DNA of 64,000 nt from contig CANSLJ010000002.1 of assembly GCA_947647735.1 (NCBI GenBank), forward strand, positions 143,147 to 207,146, read 5' to 3'. Positions 48,985-60,094 of this stretch are shown piece by piece (within the stretch, counting starts at the first letter, position 1; each line of letters starts with the position of its first letter). Origin of the DNA: an uncultured bacterium (GTDB taxonomy: Bacteria; Bacillota; Clostridia; Lachnospirales; Lachnospiraceae). Below the pieces are notes generated by a model. That model saw only the letters and a list, made by a program, of their open reading frames with translations, had not been told where the DNA came from and ran no database searches. The position numbers were made by a program, and so were the translations under genes.

Positions 48985-49872
48985 TTACCCTTTCAGACCG
49001 CCCAGCGTCATGCCCTGTGTCAGTTTTTTCTGTACACAGATATAAAGGATCAATGTCGGCAGCATCACCAGCACAAGTCCCGCATAAAGCTGGCCGTACT
49101 GCGCCGCTGACTGCTGTGCCTGTGTCAACTGCATCAGGCCTACCGGAAGCGTCTTGCCGCCCTTCGGATCTGACAATAATGTCATCGCGATAATATACTC
49201 ATTCCAGAAGGAAAGGAAATTAAACAAAATAACCGTGATGATCGAAGGCTGCGCCATCGGGAAAATGATCTTCAGCATGGTCGTCCCGTAGCCCGCCCCG
49301 TCAATATAGGCCGCCTCCTCGTAATCGTGTGCCAGCGTTGAAAAATATCCTGACAAAAGATAGATCGTAAAAGGAAGCGCCGTTGCTGCATACACCACTG
49401 CCAGCACAAAAATATTGTTCAGGAGAAATCCGTTTCCGATCACTCCTTTTAAGAACTTATCGCCATCCACCAGCATCAGGAAGATCGGCACAACGATATA
49501 GTTCACATTGATAAACAGCCCGCCCATAAATGCCGCATTCAGGAATTTGCGTCCCTTAAACTCAAAACGGGACAGCACATAAGCCGCCGGAAGCGCCACC
49601 ACCAGAAGAAGCACCAGCGCAAGCGCCGTAACTATGACGGAATTCAGCATGTAATCGCCCATCCGTGCTTTTCCCCAGGCATCGACAAAGTTCTGGAAAT
49701 AAAAGCCCGCCGGCATCGCCCAGGGGTTGCCGTAGAACTCGCTGTTTTCCTTGATGGACGCCATAAACACCCATGCCACCGGAATGATGATCGTAACCGC
49801 CAGCGTGATGAGCGCCACATAGATAAATAATTTATACAGCCTGTCGGCTGATGATCTTTTTGTCCGTTCCAT
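48985..49872 (-). CDS. Carbohydrate ABC permease
   Basis: EEAAYIDGA motif, WNEY. Confidence 0.92.
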   Translation of the reverse strand: MERTKRSSADRLYKLFIYVALITLAVTIIIPVAWVFMASIKENSEFYGNPWAMPAGFYFQNFVDAWGKARMGDYMLNSVIVTALALVLLLVVALPAAYVLSRFEFKGRKFLNAAFMGGLFINVNYIVVPIFLMLVDGDKFLKGVIGNGFLLNNIFVLAVVYAATALPFTIYLLSGYFSTLAHDYEEAAYIDGAGYGTTMLKIIFPMAQPSIITVILFNFLSFWNEYIIAMTLLSDPKGGKTLPVGLMQLTQAQQSAAQYGQLYAGLVLVMLPTLILYICVQKKLTQGMTLGGLKG

Positions 49873-49884
49873 AATCCGCCCTCC

Positions 49885-50772
49885 TTAAAACTCTAACGGT
49901 TCGCGCTTTGTCACTGCATTGACCAGTGCAGACAATCCAAAGGAGAACACAAATACCAGCGCGCCGATCGCCATACCAAAGCCATAGGAAGAATTGGTAT
50001 AAGCCTGCTTGTACATATAGGACAGCGCCACTTCGGATGCCCCGTTGGGTCCGCCGGATGTCATCGCCTTTACAAACAGGAACGCCATATTGATGGTACT
50101 GATGATAAAGAACGTCAGCGTGGTACGGATATTGGTCCATATCAGAGGCAGCGTAATCTGGAAAAACTGAGTGATCCGCCCCGCACCGTCCAGACTTGTA
50201 CTCTCGTACAGGCTCTGCGGGATACTTGCCATGGATGCCATATACATCACCATGTAATAGCCGATCGCCTGCCAGATCATGGCGATGATCAAGCTGGTCA
50301 TGACCATGCCCTCCCCCTTCCAGAGGATAGCCACCGTCTTTCCCGAAACCAGGGATAACAGGCTGTTCAACGTGCCGTTATTTGTATCATAGATGGCACT
50401 GAATATCGCAGAGATCACGACAACGGACAGGATATTCGGGATATAGAAGATGATCCGGAAAAAGTTCTGCCCCTTGATCTTCTCCCTTGTCAGGATTGCC
50501 GCAAATACCAGAGCGAAACCAAATGTAATGATCGTCACCACCACGATCAGCAGGATCGTATTCTGCATGGAGCGGATAAAGTTTACATCCTTCAAAAGAC
50601 GGGTAAAGTTATCCAGCCCCACAAAATCCTCCGTTGTGGAATACGCACTGCGCTTAAACAGCGACATTCTGAATACATTGATTGTCGGAATAATCATGAA
50701 AACAGTGAAAAGGATCACTGCAGGCGCCGCACACAGGAAAATGAAACCATTACGGCCTGATCGTTTTTTCAT
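49885..50772 (-). CDS. Carbohydrate ABC permease
   Basis: FVGLDNF, IPQSLYESTSLDGA. Confidence 0.92.
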   Translation of the reverse strand: MKKRSGRNGFIFLCAAPAVILFTVFMIIPTINVFRMSLFKRSAYSTTEDFVGLDNFTRLLKDVNFIRSMQNTILLIVVVTIITFGFALVFAAILTREKIKGQNFFRIIFYIPNILSVVVISAIFSAIYDTNNGTLNSLLSLVSGKTVAILWKGEGMVMTSLIIAMIWQAIGYYMVMYMASMASIPQSLYESTSLDGAGRITQFFQITLPLIWTNIRTTLTFFIISTINMAFLFVKAMTSGGPNGASEVALSYMYKQAYTNSSYGFGMAIGALVFVFSFGLSALVNAVTKREPLEF

Positions 50773-50798
50773 AGGTCAAAGCACCCCCTTTTTAAAAA

Positions 50799-50823
50799 AA
50801 CGGTGGCAGACACTGCCACCGTT
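50799..50823 (-). terminator. Intercistronic stem-loop after the solute-binding protein gene
   Basis: AACGGTGGCAG-ACA-CTGCCACCGTT followed by a T-run on the - strand. Confidence 0.7.
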
Positions 50824-50859
50824 CTCTCATTTATTTGTTATTACAGTTTATCAGCAAGA

Positions 50860-52254
50860 TCACTGCACCAGATTATCACGCATCTGATCATTCACTGCCT
50901 TAATGCCGTCGATCCACTCCTGCTCTGTCATATTTCCGGATACCAGAGAGTTTATGGGCTCAAACCATACATCACGGTTGCTCACGCCAACCACACCGTC
51001 GTATGCCGCAAAATTACCCATTGCCGCTTTCGCACCGTTATCATAGATCGCGTAGAACATCTGATTGTCGCCTTCTAAAGTCTCAGCGATATTCAGTACC
51101 GGCTGGATCGCGCCTGCTTCCGCGAAGATCGCACATGCCGCGTCGCTGTACAGGAATGCAACAAACTGTTTTGCCTCCGCCTGATGCTCCGCGCCGCCCG
51201 GAATCCATGCCTGCTCAAACCAGGTATAGCTGTAGCCGTCGCCGCCTGCTTCCACTGCCGGAAGAGCTGTCATGCCCCATGCAAAGCCGTCTGCTCTGGG
51301 TGCTTCCGCCATCTCGCCTACGATCCATGTGCCGTTCGGCATGAACAGAGCCTTGTTGTCAAGTACTAATTGCTGGTTCTTTGTGAAATCCTGATCGTTC
51401 GCCTGAGCCGGTGTTGTGGGCTCGGTATACTCAGCAAGTTTTGCTATGATATCGAAACATTTCTGTGCTTCGGGTGTCTCCCAGATACCTTCTTCATAGT
51501 TGGTCGCCTTGTCAAAGAAATCAGCGCCGCCTACGGAATACATCAGAGCGTAGAAGAAAGAATCGAAGTAACCGGTTGTCGGATAAGTAAACAGGGAAAT
51601 GCCTTCCGCTTTCGCCTTGTCGCCTAATTCCCACATCTCATCCCATGTTGTCGGTACGTCCCAGCCCTTTTCCTCAAAGAGGCCTGCATTGTAGAACAGT
51701 CCGCAGGGAGAGTAGAACATCGGAGCCAGATAGGTCTTTCCGTCGCCGTAAGGATTTGTCAGGCTTGTCTCGGTAAAGCCGCCTGCGATCTTATCGCCCA
51801 CCACTGCGCTCTCGCCGGGTACTGTCATGGACAATACATCCGTAATATCCACAATATTCTGATCCTTGATAAATGTCTCGGTCAACGCTTTTTCACGTCC
51901 TGTTGCCAGATGGATCACATCCGGGAACTCGCCTGCCTGCATGGACGGTCCGATCACGTCCTCCAGATTCTTATCTGTGATCAGTTCAACGTTAATGCCT
52001 GTCTCAGCCGTAAAAGCTTCGCAAACTTTCTGCCACATCTCACTGCCGTAAGCGGTCTCGATCGCCGCCACAGTAATGGTTGCTCCTTCCGCAGGTGCCT
52101 CTGCCTCTTCAGCCGGTGTTTCCTCAGCCGGAGCTTCGCTCTCTGCCGGTGCGGACTCTTCCGCCGGAGCCGCATCATCCGCGCTGCTGCCGCAGCCTGC
52201 AAGCATGGACATCACCATCGCCGCTGCAAGAAGGATACTAAGCATCTTTTTCAT
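50860..52254 (-). CDS. Carbohydrate ABC substrate-binding lipoprotein (GNB/LNB inferred)
   Basis: Lipobox LAGC, acidic Ala/Pro linker, SBP_bac_1 motifs. Confidence 0.88.
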   Translation of the reverse strand: MKKMLSILLAAAMVMSMLAGCGSSADDAAPAEESAPAESEAPAEETPAEEAEAPAEGATITVAAIETAYGSEMWQKVCEAFTAETGINVELITDKNLEDVIGPSMQAGEFPDVIHLATGREKALTETFIKDQNIVDITDVLSMTVPGESAVVGDKIAGGFTETSLTNPYGDGKTYLAPMFYSPCGLFYNAGLFEEKGWDVPTTWDEMWELGDKAKAEGISLFTYPTTGYFDSFFYALMYSVGGADFFDKATNYEEGIWETPEAQKCFDIIAKLAEYTEPTTPAQANDQDFTKNQQLVLDNKALFMPNGTWIVGEMAEAPRADGFAWGMTALPAVEAGGDGYSYTWFEQAWIPGGAEHQAEAKQFVAFLYSDAACAIFAEAGAIQPVLNIAETLEGDNQMFYAIYDNGAKAAMGNFAAYDGVVGVSNRDVWFEPINSLVSGNMTEQEWIDGIKAVNDQMRDNLVQ

Positions 52255-52664
52255 AATGGTTTACCTCCTGAATTATAATGTTTTGGTAATAACAGGTTTT
52301 CTGTTTTCTCAGTTACCTGATACTAAGTATATCAGCATCTTCTCCTGTTTCCTATCTCAATATTGCTTACTTTTTTATAGATATTGTCCTGTTAGGCTAT
52401 TTTTGTCTTATTTTGTCAGTTCACATTCTTTTCATTATACAATTTGACGAATTCTATTTTCTATTTTTTCCCAAACAGCCTGATTTTTTATTTTTTTCCA
52501 CAAAAAATATCTTGTTCTGACGTCAAAAAAGATTTATGATAAGAACAATATAAATGTCGTCATTATATTATATTGCTTTCTTTTTTATATTTATTGCCAT
52601 TTTATCGGCCAAAAGATTTCTGAATTTCAGGCGGGCATCCCCCGCACAGGAGGTGGATCCTATC

Positions 52665-53531
52665 ATGAGCAGCAGCCGTTATACCCTTGACTCTCTGACA
52701 ACCAACCCGGTGGACCGTTCCGTCACCAGGCTTCTTTATATCAGCACCGCCCGCTACAGCGCAGAATGGAATTCCGTACTGCATACCCACCCCTGCGCCG
52801 AAGTGTTCCTCATCACCGGCGGCGCAGGCCATCTGCGCACAGCGGAACAGACCATGCCCATCGGCACAAACGACGTTATCATCGTCAACTCCAATATCGA
52901 ACACACCGAAGTCAGTTCCGAAACCAGCCCTCTGGAATATATCGTTATGGGGGTGGACGGCCTTGAGGCAATATCCAGCGACGCCCATGATGAGGAAACG
53001 GGAAACGGCTGCTCCGTGATCCATTTTCAGTCAGACGGTGAGCAGTTCCTTTTTTATCTCCGCTGCCTGCTGACTGAGATCGAAAACAAGCATCCGGGCT
53101 ACGAAACGGTCTGTCAGGACCTTCTGGAAGTCGTATTGCTGCTTCTGATGCGCCACAGCCAGTTTACTGTGACCTTTGTTCCCGCCGCCCGCAAATCCAG
53201 CAAGGAGTGCGCCATCGCCCGCCGCTATATCGAGAACCATTTCAAAGAAAGCCTGACGCTGGACGACCTCGCCGCCGCAGCCCATGTCAGCAAATATTAC
53301 CTGGTGCATTCCTTCACCCGGGAATACGGCACCTCCCCCATAAACTATCTGCTCTCCTGCCGCATTCAGGAAAGTATGTATCTGCTGTCTGAAACAAGGC
53401 TCTCCCTGTCCCAGATCTCCGGGATGCTCGGTTTCTCTTCGCCCAGTTACTTTTCACAGAGCTTCAGGAGGATTCAGGGGATGAGCCCTATAGCGTATCG
53501 AAAAAAGTGCAGGGATGAAGAATCCCTCTGA
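52665..53531 (+). CDS. AraC family regulator (cupin plus HTH)
   Basis: HTHPCAE cupin and LGFSSPSYFSQSF. Start after AGGAGG. Confidence 0.88.
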   Translation: MSSSRYTLDSLTTNPVDRSVTRLLYISTARYSAEWNSVLHTHPCAEVFLITGGAGHLRTAEQTMPIGTNDVIIVNSNIEHTEVSSETSPLEYIVMGVDGLEAISSDAHDEETGNGCSVIHFQSDGEQFLFYLRCLLTEIENKHPGYETVCQDLLEVVLLLLMRHSQFTVTFVPAARKSSKECAIARRYIENHFKESLTLDDLAAAAHVSKYYLVHSFTREYGTSPINYLLSCRIQESMYLLSETRLSLSQISGMLGFSSPSYFSQSFRRIQGMSPIAYRKKCRDEESL

Positions 53532-56500
53532 AGCAGAAGCTGAATTCTTTCCTTCCGCTCACATCGATCAATGTCTCTTTTTTCGGCAGCGCGCCCCAGC
53601 TGTCATCCCCGGCGACGCCCATCTGCCCCTGCGCCACCCGGATCACCGTATAGTGGCGTTTCGGCAGTTCATACGGATGTCCCGCATTATCGATCTCATG
53701 AGGCGTAAAGGGCAGAGCGGAAAAGTTCATCCTCTCACCCGCATACAATATGCCTCTTCCGCTTTCATCCGTAACCGAAGCGGCATAGACCCCCATCTTA
53801 TTCCCGCACTCCTGGGGGATCAGATATTTCGCCATATTGTCCTCCACCCGGTTTTCATAGATTCCCAGTCTAGAACCGGCCAGCTTATCCGAATAGGTCT
53901 CCTCCGGCCCCTGTCCGAACCATTTCACCTTATCATAATCCGCATCCAGCTTAAACAGTACGCCAAACTCCGGCATATCCTTCAGCTCCGGCACCGGATC
54001 ATAGGAAAGCGTCGTCCTGATCGTGCCGTCCCCGTAAACCTCATAGGCGAGCTGGCAGCCGCTCTCCGGCGTGGTAGGCATCTTATATGTGTAGGTGATC
54101 CTCACATGATCCTCCCCCTCCTCGAGCACCGGTACCATACTGTCATACGAATGCTGCCATTCGGTGATATGCTCCTGTTTATGTGTCAGGAAGAGGCTGG
54201 CGATCTTCCACTGCGCATACCGGTCCGCCATTCCGTTCCCCCTGTCATTATCCGTCATCGGGCGCCAGAAATTAGGCTTTGGCGCCTGCGCAAGCAGTTC
54301 CCTCCCCGCGTAACGATAGGAGACAAGCCCGCCGTGCAGCGTGGAAAACAGCGCTTCAAACTCCTCCCCCCGCACACCGGTATTATAACAGCCGTGCACC
54401 ACCGTAAAGGGCTTTTTCACACAGAAGGCAAGGCCCGTTCCCCAGACGGGAATGCCCCTCTTCCCTGCGCCTTCCTCCTTCACCTGAAAGGAAACCTCCC
54501 CGAACGCCGTTTCATGCCCTGCCCTCGCCCAGGGCTCATCTTCCCTCAGCCGGAAAGAGACTGCCGCGCCGTAAATACCCGGCAGCTTTCTCTCTTTTCC
54601 AAACCTCTCCGGCAGTGAAAAGCTCTTCTCCTGCAGCGGCTCCACGGAGATCACCCGCTTTTCCTCCGCAGCCTTCTTTCCGTTTCGGGTGAGCGTCAGC
54701 ACACAGTCGAATCTGTCCGTGTTCACAAACAGATTTTTATTTTTTACCGTAAAGATCCCTTTTTCCGCGTCAATGCCGATCCGTATATTCTGGTAATTAT
54801 ACTTTATATACTGCATCTTTGGCGACGGGCTCCTGTCCCTGCCGTATACAATACCATTGCCGCTGAATTCATAGTCTGTAGGACGCTCCCCGAAATCCCC
54901 GCCGTAAGCCTGAAAGAACTCGCCGTACCTGTCCTTCTTCGTGATGGACTGGTCGATATAATCCCAGATAAAACCGCCCTGATATAAAGGCTCCTCCTCC
55001 GTCAGGTCCGTATACAGCTCCATGCCTCCACAGGAATTTCCCATGGCGTGCGTATATTCACAGCAGATGTACGGCTTATCCCGATGCTCCGCAAGGTATG
55101 CTCTGATCTCCTCCACCGGCGCATACATCCGGCTCTCGATATCGGAGGTTTCATTGTATCTCCTGTCATGGCAGATCCCCTCGTAATGCACCGGACGTTT
55201 TTTATCCAGCTCCCGGAACCTCTGCGCCATCTCATAGATCACTCTGCCGCCGAAAGCCTCGTTTCCGCAGGACCAGATCAGAACAGCAGGATGGTTTTTA
55301 TCGCGCTGATAGCAGGACTCGATCCGGTCCAGCATACAATCCAGCCAGTCCATATTATCTCCGGGCACTATCGATTCCGGCGGCATCTGCCCCCGGATCA
55401 TCGCATCCCAGCATCCATGTGATTCCAGGTTATTTTCCGCTATCATGTACAGCCCGTACCTGTCGCAGAACTTATAAAGCGCGGAACTGTTGGGATAGTG
55501 GCTGGTGCGCACCGCATTGATATTATGCCGCTTCATCGTCAGGATATCTCTCAGCGTATCCTCATCGGAAACCACCCGACCGCTCTCACTGCAGAACTCA
55601 TGCCGGTTGACCCCGTTAAACACGATGCGCTTTCCGTTTAAATACATGATACTGTCTTTCAATTCAAACCGCCGGAACCCGATATCCTGCAGTATCACTT
55701 CCTGCAGCACCAGATCTTCATCATAGATCTGGATCAGAAGCTGATACAGATCAGGCACTTCCGCGCTCCAGAGCCTCGGCTCCCTCAGATCCAGCGCGTA
55801 CTTATTCTCCCCCGCCGCCACGATATCCTTCGTCACAAGGACGCACAGATCATCATCGATCCTCTCCCTCCCGAAACCTTTCCCCGGCGCATAGAGAGAA
55901 AAGCTGATATGCCCTGCCTTTTCCCGCTCCCATCTTCCGTCCGCCATATCCAATGTCAGCTCCAGCGTTCCTTCCTTACAGTTTTCGGAAAGCACAGTCT
56001 CCGCTTTCATATCCCGGACATGAACCGCAGGCGTCGTGTAGAGGTATACCTCCCTGAAAATCCCGGAAAAGCGGTAAAAGTCCTGATCCTCGCACCAGCT
56101 TCCGGAAGTCCACTTAAAGACCTGTGCCGCCAGTTTATTCTTTCCTTCCCTCAGATAGGGACTCAGGAAAAACTCAGAGGGCGTAAAACTGTCCTCCCCG
56201 TATCCCACAAAATGCCCGTTCAGCCACAGGGCGATACCGCTCTCCGCCCCCTGGAAGGAAATGTAAAGCCTTTCCCTGTCAAAATTTTCCGGTACTTCAA
56301 AATATCTCACATAACTCGCCACCGGATTAAAACGCTCCGGCACCTCCCCCGGCATGATCTCCTCCCTGCCGTCCCAGGGATACTGCGTATTGACATACTG
56401 GGGAATATCATACCCCTCCATCTGGATATGGGCAGGTACCCGGATATCATCCCAGCCGCCGCAGTCATATTCCGGTTTTTCAAATCCCCGGATCGTACTC

Positions 56501-56691
56501 CCGTAATTTTTTGCATAATGAAATTTCCACACGCCGTTTAACGAAAACCGGAAACTGCTCTTTTCCTCCAGCGCTTCCTCCACGCTCCTGCAGGGAAGGT
56601 GGTCGGCATGGGGAGCCTCCCTGTTTACCGCAAAACAGGAGGGATCTCTTACCATGTCAAATGTAAAGTTATCAAAAGAAAATTTTGCCAT
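53488..56691 (-). CDS. Beta-galactosidase, GH2
   Basis: GVNRHE, RTSHYP, WSCGNE, CEYTHAMGNS, GGFIWD, Bgal_small domain. Confidence 0.93.
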   Translation of the reverse strand: MAKFSFDNFTFDMVRDPSCFAVNREAPHADHLPCRSVEEALEEKSSFRFSLNGVWKFHYAKNYGSTIRGFEKPEYDCGGWDDIRVPAHIQMEGYDIPQYVNTQYPWDGREEIMPGEVPERFNPVASYVRYFEVPENFDRERLYISFQGAESGIALWLNGHFVGYGEDSFTPSEFFLSPYLREGKNKLAAQVFKWTSGSWCEDQDFYRFSGIFREVYLYTTPAVHVRDMKAETVLSENCKEGTLELTLDMADGRWEREKAGHISFSLYAPGKGFGRERIDDDLCVLVTKDIVAAGENKYALDLREPRLWSAEVPDLYQLLIQIYDEDLVLQEVILQDIGFRRFELKDSIMYLNGKRIVFNGVNRHEFCSESGRVVSDEDTLRDILTMKRHNINAVRTSHYPNSSALYKFCDRYGLYMIAENNLESHGCWDAMIRGQMPPESIVPGDNMDWLDCMLDRIESCYQRDKNHPAVLIWSCGNEAFGGRVIYEMAQRFRELDKKRPVHYEGICHDRRYNETSDIESRMYAPVEEIRAYLAEHRDKPYICCEYTHAMGNSCGGMELYTDLTEEEPLYQGGFIWDYIDQSITKKDRYGEFFQAYGGDFGERPTDYEFSGNGIVYGRDRSPSPKMQYIKYNYQNIRIGIDAEKGIFTVKNKNLFVNTDRFDCVLTLTRNGKKAAEEKRVISVEPLQEKSFSLPERFGKERKLPGIYGAAVSFRLREDEPWARAGHETAFGEVSFQVKEEGAGKRGIPVWGTGLAFCVKKPFTVVHGCYNTGVRGEEFEALFSTLHGGLVSYRYAGRELLAQAPKPNFWRPMTDNDRGNGMADRYAQWKIASLFLTHKQEHITEWQHSYDSMVPVLEEGEDHVRITYTYKMPTTPESGCQLAYEVYGDGTIRTTLSYDPVPELKDMPEFGVLFKLDADYDKVKWFGQGPEETYSDKLAGSRLGIYENRVEDNMAKYLIPQECGNKMGVYAASVTDESGRGILYAGERMNFSALPFTPHEIDNAGHPYELPKRHYTVIRVAQGQMGVAGDDSWGALPKKETLIDVSGRKEFSFCFRGILHPCTFFDTL

Positions 56692-56724
56692 ATCATTCCT
56701 CATCTCTATAACCATTCTGCAAAA

Positions 56725-56754
56725 ACAAGGGGAAGCATTACACTTCCCCATTGT
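56725..56754 (-). terminator. Hairpin after transketolase
   Basis: GGGGAAG...CTTCCCC with a T-run on the - strand. Confidence 0.55.
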
Positions 56755-56768
56755 CTTTCTTTTATCAT

Positions 56769-57716
56769 TTATGCCAGAAACTCTTTCGCCTTCTTATAAA
56801 TGCTCTCGCCATCCAGTCCATATTTCACAACCAGAGCTGCCGCCGGGCCGGATTCCCCGAAGGTATCATAAACACCGATCTTGCAGACCGGAGTGGGCTG
56901 TTTTGCACAGAGCGCATCGCAGACCGCACTACCCAGGCCGCCGATCACGGAATGCTCTTCCACTGTGATCACCTTGCCTGTCTTCTTTGCAGAAGCAATG
57001 ATCAGATCCTCATCCAGCGGTTTGATCGTGTGGATATTGATCACTTCCGCATCCACGCCGTCCGCCGCAAGCTTTTCTGCCGCTGCCAGTGCCTCTGCCA
57101 CAGTGATGCCGGATGCCACGATGGTTACGTCCTTACCTTCTCTCAATACGACGCCCTTGCCGATCTCGAACCTGTAATCGGGATTGTCATTGATCACAGG
57201 AACCGCCGCACGGCCGAATCTCAGATATACGGGGCCCTCATGGTTGATGGCTGCTTCCACAGCCGCCTTTGCCTCCACATCGTCCGCCGGAACGATAACG
57301 GTCATGCCCGGGATCGTGCGCATCAGGGCAACGTCCTCATTACACTGATGAGTTGCGCCGTCCTCGCCTACGGTGATACCCGCATGGGTCGCGCCGATCT
57401 TTACGTTCAGGTGAGGATAACCGATGGAGTTACGAACCTGCTCAAAGTTCCTGCCTGCCGCAAACATCGCGAAGGAGCTGATAAACGGTATCTTTCCGCA
57501 GGTAGCAAGGCCTGCCGCGATACCTGTCATATTACATTCCGCAATACCGCAGTCGATATGCCTGTCGGGATATGCTTTCTGGAAAACGCCTGTCTTGGTA
57601 GCCCCTGCCAGATCGGCATCGAGCACTACCAGATTCGGATATTTCGCACCGCATGCAGCAAGTGCATTACCATAACTTTCTCTTGTTGCGATTTTCTTTA
57701 CATCTGCCATGATCAT
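56769..57716 (-). CDS. Transketolase C-terminal subunit
   Basis: GIAECN, GEDGATHQ, EEHSVIGGLG. Confidence 0.92.
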   Translation of the reverse strand: MIMADVKKIATRESYGNALAACGAKYPNLVVLDADLAGATKTGVFQKAYPDRHIDCGIAECNMTGIAAGLATCGKIPFISSFAMFAAGRNFEQVRNSIGYPHLNVKIGATHAGITVGEDGATHQCNEDVALMRTIPGMTVIVPADDVEAKAAVEAAINHEGPVYLRFGRAAVPVINDNPDYRFEIGKGVVLREGKDVTIVASGITVAEALAAAEKLAADGVDAEVINIHTIKPLDEDLIIASAKKTGKVITVEEHSVIGGLGSAVCDALCAKQPTPVCKIGVYDTFGESGPAAALVVKYGLDGESIYKKAKEFLA

Positions 57717-58555
57717 TCACCTGCTTTCTTCAATTCTTCATCAATTTTTTCAAGATCAGCCATTGCAACCGCAAACTCCTCATCGCTGGGCGCTTTGCCA
57801 TGCCATCCTGCGTTGTTTTCCATGAAGGATACGCCTTTGCCCTTTGTGCTCTTCATCACGATAGCGGTGGGCTGTCCCTTGGTCTCCCTTGCCTCCTTCA
57901 TAGCGGCACGGATCTCGTCAAAATTATGAGCATCGATATTGATCACATGGAAGTTGAATGCCTCAAACTTCTTGTCGATCGGATAAGGAGAACATACATC
58001 CTCGATCTTACCGTCGATCTGCAGGCCGTTGTTATCCACTACAACCACCAGATTGTCCAGCTTTCTTGCGCCGGCAAACATCGCCGCCTCCCAGATCTGT
58101 CCCTCCTGGATCTCACCGTCGCCCAGAAGAGCATAGGTCCTGTACTCTTTACCGTCCATCTTTGCGGCGAGCGCCATGCCTACTGCAGCGGAAAGTCCCT
58201 GTCCTAAAGAACCGGAGGACATATCCACGCCGGGCGTCTCCTGCATACAGGGATGTCCCTGCAGCCTGGAACCTACGTGGCGCAATGTCAAAAGCTCTTC
58301 CACAGGGAAATACCCTCTGTGTGCCAGTACGGAATAAAGTCCCGGTGCCGTGTGGCCTTTGGAAAGTACAAAACGGTCGCGGTCTTCCTTTTTCGGATCT
58401 TCCGGATCGATGTTCATCTCCTCGAAGTACAGGTAGGTAAAGAGATCAGCCGCAGACAAAGATCCGCCGGGATGGCCGGCCTTTGCGCTGTGAACGGCTC
58501 TCACAATTCCTTTACGAACCTCATTTGCTGTTTTCTGAAGTTCCAAGTTTGTCAT
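57713..58555 (-). CDS. Transketolase N-terminal subunit
   Basis: GHPGGSLS, LSKGH, GDGEIQEG...N (TPP motif). Confidence 0.92.
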   Translation of the reverse strand: MTNLELQKTANEVRKGIVRAVHSAKAGHPGGSLSAADLFTYLYFEEMNIDPEDPKKEDRDRFVLSKGHTAPGLYSVLAHRGYFPVEELLTLRHVGSRLQGHPCMQETPGVDMSSGSLGQGLSAAVGMALAAKMDGKEYRTYALLGDGEIQEGQIWEAAMFAGARKLDNLVVVVDNNGLQIDGKIEDVCSPYPIDKKFEAFNFHVINIDAHNFDEIRAAMKEARETKGQPTAIVMKSTKGKGVSFMENNAGWHGKAPSDEEFAVAMADLEKIDEELKKAGE

Positions 58556-58579
58556 TTTTGCATTCTCCTTTTTATTTAC

Positions 58580-59818
58580 TTAATTCAACGGATACTTATC
58601 CGTCAATTCCTTCACGATAGCTCTCGCCTCCGGCACCTTCTCCTCGCCGCCGTCGATGATCAATGTGATCGCTTCTGCTATTTTGTCCATATCTCCGGTT
58701 TTCATCCCTCTGGAAGTCACAGCGGGCGTTCCCAGCCTGATACCGCTTGTCACGAAAGGCTTCTGGGGATCGTTCGGTATCGTATTCTTATTCGCCGTGA
58801 TATGGGCCTCATCCAGAAGCTTTTCGATGGCTTTTCCTGTCAGTCCCTTCTTGCTCAGATCCACCAGCATCAGATGGTTGTCCGTGCCGCCGGATACGAT
58901 ATCCACGCCTCGATCCATCAGCCCCTTGCAGAGTGCCTGGGCGTTGTCCACGATCTGCTGCTGATATTCTTTAAAGGCAGGCTCTAACGCTTCCTTGAAG
59001 CAGACCGCCTTCGCCGCGATGACATGCATCAGCGGGCCGCCCTGTGTGCCCGGGAAGATCGCCTTGTTAAAGTTATATTTATCCGCCGCCTCCTGATTGC
59101 AGAGGATCATGCCGCCTCTGGGACCGCGCAGCGTCTTGTGGGTCGTCGTGGTCGTGACGTCCGCATAGGGGATCGGGCTGGGATGAACGCCTGCCGCCAC
59201 AAGGCCGGCGATATGCGCCATATCCACCATCAGCACTGCACCCACTTCATCAGCGATCTCACGGAATTTCTTGAAGTCGATGGTTCTCGCATAAGCGGAA
59301 GCGCCGGCAATGATCATTTTAGGTTTACATTCCAGAGCGATCTCCCTTACTTTATCATAATCAATAAATCCCTCGTCATTCACACCGTAGGGCACACAAT
59401 GATAATATTTACCGGACATATTTACCGGTGAACCGTGGGATAAATGTCCGCCATGGTCCAGATTCATTCCCATATAAGTGTCCCCCGGCTGTAATACGGC
59501 AAAGAACACCGCCATATTCGCCTGCGCACCGGAGTGGGGCTGTACATTTACGTAATCGCAGCCGAAAAGCTTTTTCGCACGCTCTCTCGCCAGATCTTCC
59601 ACCACATCCACGCACTCACAGCCGCCGTAATACCGTTTTCCCGGGTACCCTTCCGCATATTTATTCGTAAGCGGGCTGCCCATTGCCGCCATCACTGCCC
59701 TGCTCACCCAGTTTTCGGATGCGATCAGCTCGATATGGCTGCTCTGTCTCTCCTGCTCCGCTACGATGGCATCCGCAATCTCCGCATCCACCGCCTTGAT
59801 TTCATCAAATGAGTACAT
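58580..59818 (-). CDS. glyA: Serine hydroxymethyltransferase
   Basis: [28 protein letters not shown]. Confidence 0.97.
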   Translation of the reverse strand: MYSFDEIKAVDAEIADAIVAEQERQSSHIELIASENWVSRAVMAAMGSPLTNKYAEGYPGKRYYGGCECVDVVEDLARERAKKLFGCDYVNVQPHSGAQANMAVFFAVLQPGDTYMGMNLDHGGHLSHGSPVNMSGKYYHCVPYGVNDEGFIDYDKVREIALECKPKMIIAGASAYARTIDFKKFREIADEVGAVLMVDMAHIAGLVAAGVHPSPIPYADVTTTTTHKTLRGPRGGMILCNQEAADKYNFNKAIFPGTQGGPLMHVIAAKAVCFKEALEPAFKEYQQQIVDNAQALCKGLMDRGVDIVSGGTDNHLMLVDLSKKGLTGKAIEKLLDEAHITANKNTIPNDPQKPFVTSGIRLGTPAVTSRGMKTGDMDKIAEAITLIIDGGEEKVPEARAIVKELTDKYPLN

Positions 59819-59911
59819 TGCTCACTCTCCCTTCCTTATCTCCTTATTCGTTTACACCTTTTCAGTATACCATATTATGGAACTATAAGAAACAAAAATT
59901 TCCTGACATGC

Positions 59912-60094
59912 TCAGGCATTTTTCTTTCTTCTGTTGCGCTGTACTGTGGCACACTGAAACGCTTTATACATCGCCGGAGACAATTCCGGACAATCCTCAT
60001 CAAACTGTACTCCCCGCTTCATAGCGGCTTTCACTTCCTCCAGCTGTTCTTTCGCAGGCTCCTGTCCCTCTTTAATTGTGAATGTCCTGGTCAT
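59912..60094 (-). CDS. Short BrnA-like antitoxin
   Basis: Overlaps the brnT 3' end; FDEDCPEL motif; no RHH tail seen. Confidence 0.55.
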   Translation of the reverse strand: MTRTFTIKEGQEPAKEQLEEVKAAMKRGVQFDEDCPELSPAMYKAFQCATVQRNRRKKNA

